A stretch of 64,000 bases of DNA from the NCBI GenBank assembly GCA_964016885.1, contig OZ024761.1:9114001-9178000 (forward strand). Direction: 5' to 3'. The first letter of the stretch is position 1. Each line of letters begins with the position of its first letter. Both the position numbers and the translations under genes were made by a program. The notes below the pieces were generated by a model that was given only the letters and a program-made list of their open reading frames with translations, did not search any database and was not told where the DNA came from. This document shows positions 1 through 14,075 of the stretch, one piece after another. Origin of the DNA: Eledone cirrhosa (lineage: Eukaryota).

Positions 1-712
1 AGATTTAGGAAAAATAACTCAAACTCATCTCAAAAGAGAATCAGGATATAAATTCATCCACAGAATTTAGTAAAATCCATGGAAAAATCTATAGACCTTT
101 AACTCATGATAAAATAAAGTTTGAAACACTTATCCTTCAATTTGGAATAACATCAAATGCTCTGTATAGTCTTAAAAGACTATTTCATGAAAACTTTCAG
201 TGGAGATGGTCACGGTTGGAATTTCATTCATCAGCAGAGCTCAACAGAAAACCAGGGCTCTCACAGTAATATAATCCGAAAAAGGGGAATTCTAAAACTG
301 GCTAGTTCGCCTTCATGTGTATTTATGAAAAAGCACATGAGGAAAAAACGGGGCTAGTGACGTCAGGATGGAAGTGAATGTTTATTTACAAGAAATAGCA
401 GTCAAATACATTCTGAAAAAAACTCTACAAAGGAGTTCAGCAAAATAGCAATAATTATCACAGTTTTTATGAAAAAAACCGGGATTAGTCACAGATAGTT
501 TAAGCACTCTAGGAAAAGAATCCGAGTATAAATATAAATGAGACGTATAGAGATTGTTTTAGCAAGAAGCTAACGGCATTCTATAACATATATGCGACTA
601 TAACGTCAAGATGGGAAAAGTAGTTAACGAAAGATTTAGGAAAAAATAACTCAAACTCATCTCAAAAGAGAATCAGGATATAAATTCATCCACAGAATTT
701 AGTAAAATCCAG
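1..712. repeat. Direct repeat with ~631-bp period (1-78 recurs at 632-711); probable end of a tandem array
   Basis: agatttaggaaaaataactc...gtaaaatcca occurs at 1 and at 632. Confidence 0.75.
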
Positions 713-853
713 GGAAATGTATATACATAGAGGGAAATGTATATACATACAGGGAAATGTATATACATACATCTACCCCCCACTCTCCTGAGCGTGAAAT
801 TAATAAACATTTATTGTACTGCCTCTCTGTTTTGTCCCCGTTCAAATTTTTCC

Positions 854-1555
<702 letters not shown>

Positions 1556-1686
1556 CTATAGAGTAAAGCATGTCCAGAGAATTATTTGATAATATATACA
1601 TCCTCTCTACTCCATTGAGCCACATCGTGAAAAGTTGCAAAAACACATATATACCTGTGACTTTGTTTAATTGGAGGTATGTGTAA

Positions 1687-1725
<39 letters not shown>

Positions 1726-1760
1726 TATACATGTGTGTATATATATGTGTGTGTATGTGT

Positions 1761-1804
<44 letters not shown>

Positions 1805-2004
1805 ATATATATATACACATACATATATATGCACATATATACACATACACAACAAAACTCCACACACCATCAACCATGCATTTATATAAACATGCCTGAA
1901 TCTTCTTTTTTATAATTACGGCTTCTGTGAAGAGATCTGTCAAACTCTAAATCACTTAAGATAATGTCGGACAAATATGTAAACGCCATTAAGGCTGGTG
2001 TGCC

Positions 2005-2346
2005 AACAACAGCAAAACAAACAGCAAAACAACAGCAAAGCAAACTGCAAAACAAACACCCCCAAAATACCAAAACAACAGAAAAAACAAACAGCAAAAC
2101 AAACAGCAAAACAACAGCAAAACAACACCAAAACAAACACAAAAAACACCAAAACAACAGCAAAATAACAGCAAAAACAAACAGCAAAACAAACAGCAAA
2201 ACAAACAGCAAAACAACACCAAAACAACACCAAAACAAACAGCAAAACAATACCAAAACAAACAGCAAAAACAAACAGCAAAACAAACAGCAAAACAAAC
2301 AGCAAAACAAACAGCAAAACAAATAGCAAAACAACAGCAAAACAAG
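2005..2346. repeat. Degenerate (AAAACAAACAGC)n minisatellite
   Basis: Tandem 11-13-mers visible. Confidence 0.9.
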
Positions 2347-2586
2347 CAATGTCTTGTTAAAAACGAAAAGCATTAGAGAATATGTGACAATTAGATGTAA
2401 CTAATTAGGTAATCTACTCAATGTAAATAATTAGTTTTATTGATAAACTATATAGATATTAACTGTTGGTGTAGTTTGTGGAGGTTTTAATAATTTGTTC
2501 TCAGGAAAAGGATTATTGATAAACAGAGTCTGTAGCTTTGCTTGTCTCTCTCTGTTCATGTTTAAATTAAATTAATCTGCATTTTA

Positions 2587-2680
<94 letters not shown>

Positions 2681-2683
<3 letters not shown>

Positions 2684-2870
2684 AAGGAATTGGGGTAAGG
2701 AACCAGAAGGACCATAACGCACCAGAGTACTCAATACTTAGGGTAGTAGAGTGGGAAATAGGAAAAAGTATGACCCCCGACGGCAGAGATCAAGCCGTTT
2801 CGACGGCTAATTCTGGACTCAGAAATAGCCGTCGAAACGGCTTGAGCTCTGCCGCCGGGGTCATACTTTT

Positions 2871-2875
<5 letters not shown>
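2681..2875. mobile_element. Family F1 fold-back PLE-type tail carrying only the 3' half of a hammerhead
   Basis: GAAACGGCTTGAGCTCTGCCG.CGGGGTC module on both strands; (TA)n flanks; six further copies in the window. Confidence 0.75.
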
Positions 2876-2917
<42 letters not shown>

Positions 2918-2920
<3 letters not shown>

Positions 2921-3363
2921 GGAGGAGGTTATAGTTCACTTGAAGCATTGTGTAATGAGGTATAAACGTTAGAATATGTGTAATAAGGCCAAGACAATGC
3001 AGATATGGACATAGAAAAAAAAGAATGCAATAGTGAAAGATATTGATGAGAATTCGTCTTTCACCTTGAATTTATTTAAATGTCCTTAATTTTCGAGATA
3101 ATATCTCTTCTTCGGAGGGAAGTAAAAGTCTCAGACCAGCGTCTAAATTTCCAATGAAGCATGGCTTCATTGGAAATTTAGACGCTGGTCTGAGACTTTT
3201 ACTTCCCTCCGAAGAAGAGATATTATCTCGAAAATTAAGGACATTTAAATAAATTCAAGGTGAAAGACGAATTCTCATCAATATCTTTCACTATTGCATT
3301 CTTTTTTTTCTATGTCCATATCTGCATTGTCTTGGCCTTATTACACATATTCTAACGTTTATA
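2918..3363. mobile_element. Fold-back element: ~200-bp arms 2961-3160 / 3164-3363 with a 3-nt loop
   Basis: Arms are reverse complements centred on ccaatgaagc-atg-gcttcattgg; (TA)n flanks. Confidence 0.9.
3206..3240 (+). ncRNA. Minimal hammerhead-like motif with variant core CCGAAGA (mirror copy 3084-3118 on -)
   Basis: cct-CCGAAGA-a-gagat/att/atctc-GAAA-atta-agg; short 3-bp stem I, palindromic stem III. Confidence 0.5.
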
Positions 3364-3372
3364 TATATATAA

Positions 3373-4240
<868 letters not shown>

Positions 4241-4368
4241 CGGTTATATTTAATTTGTTGGGATTCAACAACCTTAAAAATTTTCATAACTGATATAAAG
4301 CACTCAACAGAATAGTGCAGTAAATATACAATATTAATAAATGGAAACTATATTTATTTTACCATAAT

Positions 4369-4434
4369 TATTTTATTATATATATTTCAAGGACGACCAA
4401 GGTAAATTTTGGTGCGCTTTCATCAGATAAAATA
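4369..4434 (-). ncRNA. Type I hammerhead ribozyme (family F2)
   Basis: tattttat-CTGATGA-aagcgcacca..tggtcgtcctt-GAAA-tatata-TA-ataaaata. Confidence 0.85.
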
Positions 4435-4516
4435 CAAATTTGTTTTATAAATAGATATCAACCGTTAAGGTTGTCTTTATGCGGGTATGTCAATATCTAT
4501 TTATAAAACAAATTTG

Positions 4517-4582
4517 TATTTTATCTGATGAAAGCGCACCAAAATTTGCCTTGGTTGCCCTTGAAATATATATAATAAAATA
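4517..4582 (+). ncRNA. Type I hammerhead ribozyme (family F2), mirror arm of fold-back 4330-4622
   Basis: 8-bp stem I tattttat/ataaaata, CTGATGA at 4525, GAAA at 4563. Confidence 0.85.
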
Positions 4583-4625
4583 ATTATGGTTTTATAAATA
4601 TAGTTTCTATTTATTAATATATTGT

Positions 4626-4703
<78 letters not shown>

Positions 4704-4705
<2 letters not shown>

Positions 4706-5180
4706 TGTTATACTTGGGGAGGGTCATATTTGTGTAATATTGCCAGAATTAATAACAGAACACACTCACTGTTTGGTTGGTTTTCGCTTTTCGCTTCTGT
4801 GTCTTTTATATCGGTAATCTAATTTATTCGGTCCTCAATGTTGCCATTGACTGACCAACGGTCAAAAATAATACAGATACAATATAGACACAAACACATA
4901 TATATAGTTTATCATAAATCTTTCGTTGCACACCTGCAACATCGTCAGTGGTGCTATTGTTTCCTCCCGTTACATTGTATTTTCTACGCCATCTTTATTT
5001 AGTCTGTTTATATATTTATTTATTTGTTTATTTTATTTTGTCTTCTTTGCGCATGTGTTTGCGTGTGTGTATAGTGTTTTGTTTGATGTGTGTTCGTGTT
5101 TGGGTGACTGTGTATTGGTTAATGTATTCTATCTTTACTAGTGTGTGTTTATATGTGTTTGTTATTATTGTGCTTGTGTA
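4704..5180 (-). mobile_element. Family F6 PLE-type 3' fragment with hammerhead at 4910-4953
   Basis: CTGACGA-t-gttgca/ggtg/tgcaac-GAAA-gatt-TA on - (weak stem I); second copy at 28333-28910. Confidence 0.7.
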
Positions 5181-5227
5181 TGTATTTATTTATTTATTTC
5201 TCTATTTATTTATTCATTTATATTTCT

Positions 5228-5624
<397 letters not shown>

Positions 5625-5651
5625 CATATATATATATATATATATATATTT

Positions 5652-5734
<83 letters not shown>

Positions 5735-5759
5735 GAAAGTGAACACAATATATACCTAC

Positions 5760-5825
5760 TCCATTACCAGAGGTTTCAGGACCTGAGACAATATCAACAT
5801 ACGTCTAGTTCACTCATCAGACAGA
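5760..5825 (-). ncRNA. Type I hammerhead ribozyme
   Basis: tctgt-CTGATGA-(agac/gtct stem)-GAAA-cc-tct-gg-TA-atgga. Confidence 0.65.
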
Positions 5826-5942
5826 TAAGTTATGAATATATTATATATATTCATATATATTGTGTTGTTCACTTTCTAATTAAATAGCTCTGTTTTATAC
5901 ATAGAGCACTCTTTTTTCCTCTGCTTTTTCTTCGGAAATACT

Positions 5943-6049
<107 letters not shown>

Positions 6050-6196
6050 TATATTAAGTTGTTAAACAATGTTCGATGATTATGTCAAAGAATGAGTTTT
6101 ACAGTAGATTGGAAGCACTCAACGGTAAAATAATTTTCAGGAGTTATTAATATTAAAATATAAGTATTAATAAAATAGATGTTCTTTTGATCAATT

Positions 6197-6253
6197 ACAT
6201 TTTATTATACATATTTCGGATGTACAACTGTACGTCCTCATCAGACAAAATAT
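6197..6253 (-). ncRNA. Type I hammerhead ribozyme (family F3, fold-back ~6150-6430)
   Basis: attttgt-CTGATGA-ggacgtac/agtt/gtacatcc-GAAA-tatgta-TA-ataaaat. Confidence 0.85.
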
Positions 6254-6312
6254 AATGATAGATGACGTACCCTGAGAACCATATCACATCTAAGGGTACG
6301 TCATGTATCATT

Positions 6313-6369
6313 ATATTTTGTCTGATGAGGACGTTCTGTTGTACATCCGAAATATGTATAATAAAATGT
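6313..6369 (+). ncRNA. Type I hammerhead ribozyme (family F3, mirror arm)
   Basis: CTGATGA at 6322, GAAA at 6349, stem I attttgt/ataaaat. Confidence 0.8.
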
Positions 6370-6427
6370 AATTGATCAAAAGAACATCTATTTTATTAAT
6401 ACTTATATTTTAATATATTTTAATATA

Positions 6428-6497
<70 letters not shown>

Positions 6498-6500
<3 letters not shown>

Positions 6501-6680
6501 CGAAGGAAGTGTGGTAAGGAATCAGGTGGACCATAGCACAACGCAACATAGTACTCGATACTATAGGCAGTAGAGTGGGTAACAGGAAAAGAGTCAGGAC
6601 CACGACGGCTGAACTCCGAACGCAGAGATAGCTGTCGAAACGGCTGGAGCTCAGCCGTCGGGGTCCTGACTCTTTTCCTG
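6498..6680. mobile_element. Family F1 fold-back (diverged subfamily, also at 38424-38589)
   Basis: GAAACGGCTGGAGCTCAGCCGTCGGGGTC plus an inverted partner. Confidence 0.7.
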
Positions 6681-6819
6681 TATATATATATATATGCAAA
6701 AGGCAAACCATACAATACAAACCACAATGAAGACATATATTATTAGTTTTACGCTTGATATTGTAGTCTTAATATTAGTCCTTCATCATAAAAAATATAT
6801 TTTTACATATATATATTTA

Positions 6820-6864
<45 letters not shown>

Positions 6865-6867
<3 letters not shown>

Positions 6868-7064
6868 AACAAGTAAGACCCCGACGGCTGAGCTCAAGCC
6901 GTTTCGACGGCTAATTCTGGAATTAGCCGTCCAGAATTAGCCGTCGAAACGGCTTGAGCTCAGCCGTCGGGGTCTTACTTGTTCCTATTACCCACTCTAC
7001 TACCCTAAGTATTGAGTACTTTGGTGCGTTATGGTCCACCTGGTTCCTTACCACATTTCCTTCG

Positions 7065-7067
<3 letters not shown>
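6865..7067. mobile_element. Family F1 fold-back
   Basis: Inverted arms 6865-6921 / 6930-6987 followed by the F1 tail; (TA)n on both sides. Confidence 0.8.
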
Positions 7068-7098
<31 letters not shown>

Positions 7099-7179
7099 GT
7101 TATTCCGGGTTGAATCGGAGGTAACCACAGTAAGTAAGGTACTCAATACATAGCAGAGTATAACAGTTTTAATATAGAT

Positions 7180-7232
7180 GAGATTCTACAGGACTAGAAC
7201 TGTTTCATTCATTAGAAATCATCAGGAATCTC
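7180..7232 (-). ncRNA. Type I hammerhead ribozyme (family F4) within element 7097-7232
   Basis: gagattc-CTGATGA-tttctaatgaat-GAAA-cag..ctg-TA-gaatctc; 7-bp stem I. Confidence 0.85.
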
Positions 7233-7282
7233 TATATATATATATATATAGGTAAATATATATATGTATATATATAAAAATA

Positions 7283-7326
<44 letters not shown>

Positions 7327-7718
7327 GGTTCCCCATTGACATATCTATAGTTCAGTAGAGGTTGGTTTTTCTACATGACGTTTATGAAGAAAATTGTTCT
7401 CGGTTGTTACTCACGAAATTGCACGAATTACAATAAGTTAAGTTTCTTAAACCGAGAGATTATTTTGGCAGTTTCCAAAGTTTACCAATTTCTTTCACTG
7501 TATCCAAGTAGACAATGCACTTAGAAAAATCATTTGATTGTAGCAAGAATAGCGACGGAAAGAAAAGAACTCCTTGGGCACACCCGAATTAGATAGTTCT
7601 GGTTATGGTGAGCATTTTCTCACAGTAGGTGTGTGTTAGTTTTTATTGCAGATCTCTGAGTATAAGTTTGTATATGTGCGTGTATATTTCCATACACATA
7701 TACACACATACAAACATA

Positions 7719-7764
<46 letters not shown>

Positions 7765-7774
7765 TCTCTATGTA

Positions 7775-7828
<54 letters not shown>

Positions 7829-7932
7829 GAGAGAGAGAGAGGGAGAGCGAGAGAGAGGGAGAGCGAGAGAGAGAGATGCATTTATATAAACGCACACACA
7901 AACACATGCACACACACATATATATACTTATA

Positions 7933-7980
<48 letters not shown>

Positions 7981-8032
7981 GGTGTATGAGTTTGTATGTT
8001 TATGTGTGTCTCTGCGACTGTATTTATATGTG

Positions 8033-8148
<116 letters not shown>

Positions 8149-8428
8149 TATATATATATACACACACAATCAATGAACATAAATAACGAAAAAAATATAT
8201 TGATATGTTGATATTTTCCATAGTTTGCCTGAAAACAGAAGATAAAAACATGGCTGCTAAATTTAAAATATTCCGCAAACGTAATTACATTACAACGAGA
8301 AACAATCTCGAGTTTTATCGCAACATAAACTTTCTTTGCCTCTCGCATATGATATTTTAAGTACAGGGCTATTTTGAAATATTGATATTATATATTTTAA
8401 GTAGTGAATACACACATATACATATACA

Positions 8429-8553
<125 letters not shown>

Positions 8554-8710
8554 GCATACATATATACCTAATACAAACAAAGGTGTATACTCTCACCCTT
8601 TTTGTATCGACTGTAATTATATTTATTTCTGTTATATAAACATATATATATATATATATACATACACACACACACACTCATATATATATATATTCATACA
8701 CATATACATA

Positions 8711-8748
<38 letters not shown>

Positions 8749-8760
8749 TAGATAGATAGA

Positions 8761-9753
8761 AAACTTTCTTTTTATTTGCCACCAGTGCGTCAAAGAGTGG
8801 GACAAGTACAATGGGGGGGGGGGTGGGTGGGGGTGGGGGGGGGGGTGGAGTTTACATAAAAAGGCGTCCTCAATAAGGAGGAGGCAATAACAAAATATAA
8901 AAATATAAAAATATAAAATATAACAAAATCCTCAATAGAGAGGAGGCGCCTTGGGGGTCGCACAGATGCCCGAAAAAGTGTACAACCCTTTTCCTCAGGT
9001 GCACAGAGAGAGGGTGCTCCCTTGATCTTTCATCTTTCTCACCTACAGTCTGATGTAGAGTGAAGGCCCATTCACACGGTCCATTCTCGCCACTTTCACC
9101 CACCTTTCATAAAAACGACTGGGGTGCAGCACCTCTCTCTCCATCCTGATCCTTCTTCCGAAATGATATCGGAAGAAACGGACCAGTTATTGGCCAGAGA
9201 GAAAGGTGCCTGACCTCAGTCCTTTCAGACGCGTCCACCATACAACCTCTTTCGCCATGGCTATTACGCACAGAAACACCGCCTCTCCTTCGTTTTTGAA
9301 GAGGGGCGGCGGCTTGATCGTTACAATAGACTCGGTGGTCAACCAGATCGGTCCCACCCGTGACAGCAGTCGTTCGACATAGCCCCACAGATCGGCAATG
9401 CCCGAACAGTGTACCAATGCGTATGCAACGGTTTCCTCGTTGCACACGCATCTAGGACAGATCTTTTTCGAGGGGTCCCTACCCGGACGCCCGTGTCTGT
9501 AGAGCTTTTCTCGAACGTGCAGAGCCCCTCGGTAGCACTGCCAGGCCAGGGACCTCTGGAAGTTATCCATAGGTCCCGGGCTGAATGTCCTACCGAACAG
9601 GTTTGCCAGTTCGTTTTCCTCCATGCCTAGGGCTTCTCCGAGGGCGTCGTCGCACCTGCTAACCACCAGCCCTCTATAGAATGACGAGGTGGATTCTCCA
9701 CTGACAGCCGGGTCCGCCTGCCAGAGGGCCGTGAGCGCCTGGGCACACTCGGT
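8761..9753 (-). mobile_element. 5'-truncated L1/Tx1-type LINE (ORF2 C-terminus plus 3' UTR)
   Basis: Translation CPRCVCNEETVAYALVHC...KEVVWWTR is homologous to the ORF2 at 59650-63069; aataaa near 3' end. Confidence 0.9.
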
Positions 9754-9830
9754 AGATAGATAGATATATACATACATACATACATATAATATACACATAT
9801 ACATGTATATTGATACACATACATATATAT

Positions 9831-9906
<76 letters not shown>

Positions 9907-9928
9907 AATATATATACATTACATATAC

Positions 9929-9959
<31 letters not shown>

Positions 9960-9963
9960 TGAT

Positions 9964-10016
<53 letters not shown>

Positions 10017-10498
10017 AATATATATACATTACATATACTATATATATATATATATATATATATATGCATACATACGTTTATATACACATGTATGCATAAG
10101 TATATATGTAGCATGTATCTACGATTAGTAATTTTTATGTGGTTATACGAAGAAAAATAAATGTCTAGTTATATTAAGATCTACTTGCATTGTTATTGTT
10201 AGTATTAATATTACTAGTATTACTATTAGTAGATAGCTATGGTTAGTTTTTCATGAAGATACTGTGAAAAGAGCAAAAGTTGGAAATAATGTTGTACTAA
10301 TAATGAAAAATTCATGTAACAAACTTTTACTAAATTTCGATACAAGATTACAAATTTAGAATCAGAAATCTTGAACAGTTAGAATGTGAATTCTTGGAAT
10401 CGATAAGTAAAATAAGATATTTTAAATACCAAATTCTGACATCGAAAACTTTTAGAAATCTAAAAAAAAATATTTGCTTTTCCAAATATAGGAAAAAA

Positions 10499-10547
10499 AT
10501 ATAAGTATGTACACGTACATACATATATGTATACAGACGTACAGTAG

Positions 10548-10601
<54 letters not shown>

Positions 10602-11162
10602 CATGCACACATATATATATGTACGTATGGATTCACCGAACATTTATTATAATGCTCGGTGTGTTTGTAAACAAACATCCCGTATTAAGCCGTAGTGTCC
10701 AGCAACCATCGTTGCTCGTTTGTTCAACACTGACAAAGGAACGCTGTACTAGTTTCAAGCTTATTAGCTATCGTCAGCAACGTATACCTTCCTGCCAGAT
10801 TGTTGAACGTATATACTTACCTTATGCATATTAACGGCTGAGAAGCCCAATTTGCATATCGAGTGAGTTAATCGGCCGGGTGCACCGAAAACGATAAACG
10901 GAAAAAATGAAACGAAATTTCATTTCCCACTCTTAGTACGGCTGTTACTTAACTATAAGTATGTATAGGTACATACATATATGTATACAGACGTACAGTA
11001 GTATGTATATATATATATACATACATGCACACATATATATACGTACGTATGGATTCACCGAACATTTATTATAATGCTCGGTGTGTTTGTAAACAAACAT
11101 CCCGAATTAAGCCGTAGTGTCCAGCAACCATCGTTGCTCGTTTGTTCAACACTGACAAAGGA
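10499..11162. repeat. Direct repeat of ~220-240 bp (10499-10741 and 10956-11162) with unique spacer
   Basis: ataagtatgta...caacactgacaaaggaa present twice. Confidence 0.9.
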
Positions 11163-11231
11163 AAAAAAGATATGTATGATTTATCATAGATTAAGTTATC
11201 TGCGAAGGTCGAATGAAATGTTTCATAGGAT

Positions 11232-11472
11232 GACTTCGTCTCGTTGTGTCCACAACACAAGAGTTTCAATTACAAAGTTTGGCTAGATGTGGTTCCACCA
11301 CAGCTGAACACATTGCTATCTTTTCTCATTAAACTCTGCCAAGTCCAATGCTGTGCTGGGGTGTTCCAGCAGGGGTCATAGGAGGTGCTGTGTAGTCTGT
11401 GGTTCGATGCCACGTCACACACAACGTCCCCATCCTTTAAATATCCCCATTTTGCAAGAGTGACCTTGGTAC
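11232..11472 (-). pseudogene. Decayed 3' end of an Ingi/Vingi-like LINE; shorter second copy 11545-11647
   Basis: Minus frames read KVTLAKWGYLKDGDVVC / GIEPQTTQHLL / PLLEH..LDLAEFNEK..CVQ.WW, resembling the Vingi C-terminal KWG..C.CG...QT..HLL.CP motif. Confidence 0.6.
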
Positions 11473-11644
11473 ATACATTACAGTAGTTAGTATTAGTGGC
11501 TATCAGGCATGGTGTATCTAGGACTATATTATCTAATGTACAGTTCTTCTACTTGTCATGTCCACAAGAGTGTCAGTTACAAAGTTTGGTTAGATGTGGT
11601 TCCACCACTGCTGAACACATTGCTGTCCCTTCTCATTAAACTCT

Positions 11645-11852
11645 GCACAGGGCCAACAATTTTTGGGAAGGTAAAGTCGATTAAATCAACCCCAGTGTAT
11701 TACTGGTACTTCTACTTTATTTTATCGACCAGTAAGAATGAAAGACAAAGTTAACCTCAGTGTTATTTGAATTCAGAACATCAAGGTACGTGACTTTATG
11801 TCATAAAGTATGCTGTCTGACGCTCTACCGATTTAACTGCCAAACTACCGTC
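11645..11852 (-). mobile_element. Meta/MESC-core tRNA SINE
   Basis: Same core (ttttatcgacc..gaatgaaagacaaagttaacctc) as other copies. Confidence 0.75.
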
Positions 11853-12555
11853 ACATATTTCACACAGTATAAAGATATCAATAATAAAACGAAAGATATA
11901 GTAACAAGTTTTAATTTAACCCACGTATAGAATATTTAGCCAAGCATAAGTCATATATCACATCAAAAGATCATAAAGAGAATTTTTCTTTCAATCAAAA
12001 GTGTAGACTAATTAATTCAGTCAAGAGTGAAATCAAATTAATTAACAAACACATTTTAATTAACATAAAAGTCTCATTCAGTAAATTCATCATCTTCTGG
12101 GGGTGTTATAATAGTAATATTGTCGCCAGTTGGTTCAACGGTTAAATTAAATATAAGTTTATTCAATTTCATATGGTTTATCATTTAATCTGATGAACAT
12201 TGCGCATGAACACTTTGACGTTTGCTAAGAAATATTGCATTACCGACGACATTGAAATAATCGCCACCAATTTCATAAAAACTGTGTCTGGTGAGAAACT
12301 TTGATACAAACATTAACAAAATTATCTACTGTAGCTCAATTAAGATTAAAAATATTTTTTTAATATTAAATTCTGTGCTAGCAGCTGAAATATATGATAA
12401 AGTTATATATGTGGAAATATACAGTATAGAATCAACTGGGACTGCGTAAATGTGTATATAAATTAATATATTTTTAATATATAGACATCAAGAAATGACA
12501 AAACAAATACAGAGGTTCAATAACACAAAGTCTAGAAGGAAGTGGAAACACACAC

Positions 12556-12602
<47 letters not shown>

Positions 12603-12691
12603 CTTTCATCTGTTATTTTAATATATATATATATATATACTTTCATCTGTTATTTTGATACATATATATATATATATACATTCATCTGTTA

Positions 12692-12742
<51 letters not shown>

Positions 12743-12767
12743 ATAATAATAAATGTATATATATATA

Positions 12768-12955
12768 CACAGAGATATCCACGGTAAGTTGTGGGGTCTA
12801 GTCTGCATGAAGAACTCAATGTAATCCATATGTTGAAAATGTTGTAGGTTAAAATAAATCCCGGAAACGATCGTAATAAATCACCTAGAAACGATCGTAA
12901 AGCAGTGAAGTATATTTCTAATGACTTAAATTTTTATTTCATTGTTTTAACTTAT
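12768..12955. mobile_element. PLE tail composite; 12881-12950 matches the Naiad 3' end at 32704-32775; the left part resembles 21215-21280
   Basis: tcacctagaaacgatcgtaaagcagtgaagtatatttcta shared with 32704; atgaagaactcaatgta shared with 21257. Confidence 0.65.
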
Positions 12956-13205
12956 ATACATATATATATATATATAGTCTATGGGATTCAATGAATTATG
13001 CATTATATATTATATAAACAAACACATGCATATGTATGTGTGTGCGCATGTGTATACGTGTGTCTTAGTCTGTTTGTACCCTGAAGAACGTACAGTAAGT
13101 TGTTACAACTGGTTTGGTAGCCACGAATCATGTATTTCACGTAAGTTTCCCTCATTTATCAAATAAGTTTTATTCCAACATTTCACTAAGCTTGTGTGTG
13201 CATGA

Positions 13206-13268
<63 letters not shown>

Positions 13269-13399
13269 TATACATATGCATATATACATACGCATATACA
13301 TATATACATATACATATGTATATATATACATATATATATACATACACATATATACATACATACACATATATACATACATACACATATATATACATATAC

Positions 13400-13470
<71 letters not shown>

Positions 13471-13876
13471 TATACATATATATATGTATATATACTTATG
13501 CATATACATATATACATATACATATGTATATATATACATATATATATACATCTACACATATATATATACATACACATATATATATATACATACACATATA
13601 TATATATACATATACATATATATATATACATATATATACATATATATATATATGTATATATACATACATATATATATATATGTATATATACATATATAGA
13701 TACATATATATATATATATATTGTTATACTTTGGGAGGGTCATGTTGCCAATAAGAAACACACGCACCAGTTGCTTTCACTTCAATTTAATTTATTATAT
13801 ATTTATAAATTTACAAATTTATAAATTTCTGGTTGGTTGGTTGGTTCCACAACCAGATATTTGTTTATATATATAT

Positions 13877-13921
13877 AGTCATAGTTCTTTCGTCACACAC
13901 TCTGTGACCTCTTCAGTGACT
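13877..13921 (-). ncRNA. Type I hammerhead ribozyme (F5)
   Basis: Mirror of 14031-14075. Confidence 0.85.
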
Positions 13922-14030
13922 GGGGATTTCTTTCTTCGTTTCTGTGCCTTTCCTTTCTTCTATCCTACGCCAAACAAAATGGCGTAGGATAGAAGAAAGG
14001 AAAGGCACAGAAACGAAGAAAGAAATCCCC

Positions 14031-14075
14031 AGTCACTGAAGAGGTCACAGAGTGTGTGACGAAAGAACTATGACT
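14031..14075 (+). ncRNA. Type I hammerhead ribozyme (F5)
   Basis: agtca-CTGAAGA-g-gtcaca/gagtg/tgtgac-GAAA-gaac-TA-tgact. Confidence 0.85.

Noticed and set aside
185-240. CTGATGA..GAAA on the minus strand
   Set aside because: Stems I and II do not pair convincingly.
12185-12245. CTGATGA..GAAA on the plus strand
   Set aside because: No consistent stems or cleavage triplet.
13081-13140. CTGAAGA core
   Set aside because: No GAAA/stem III partner downstream.
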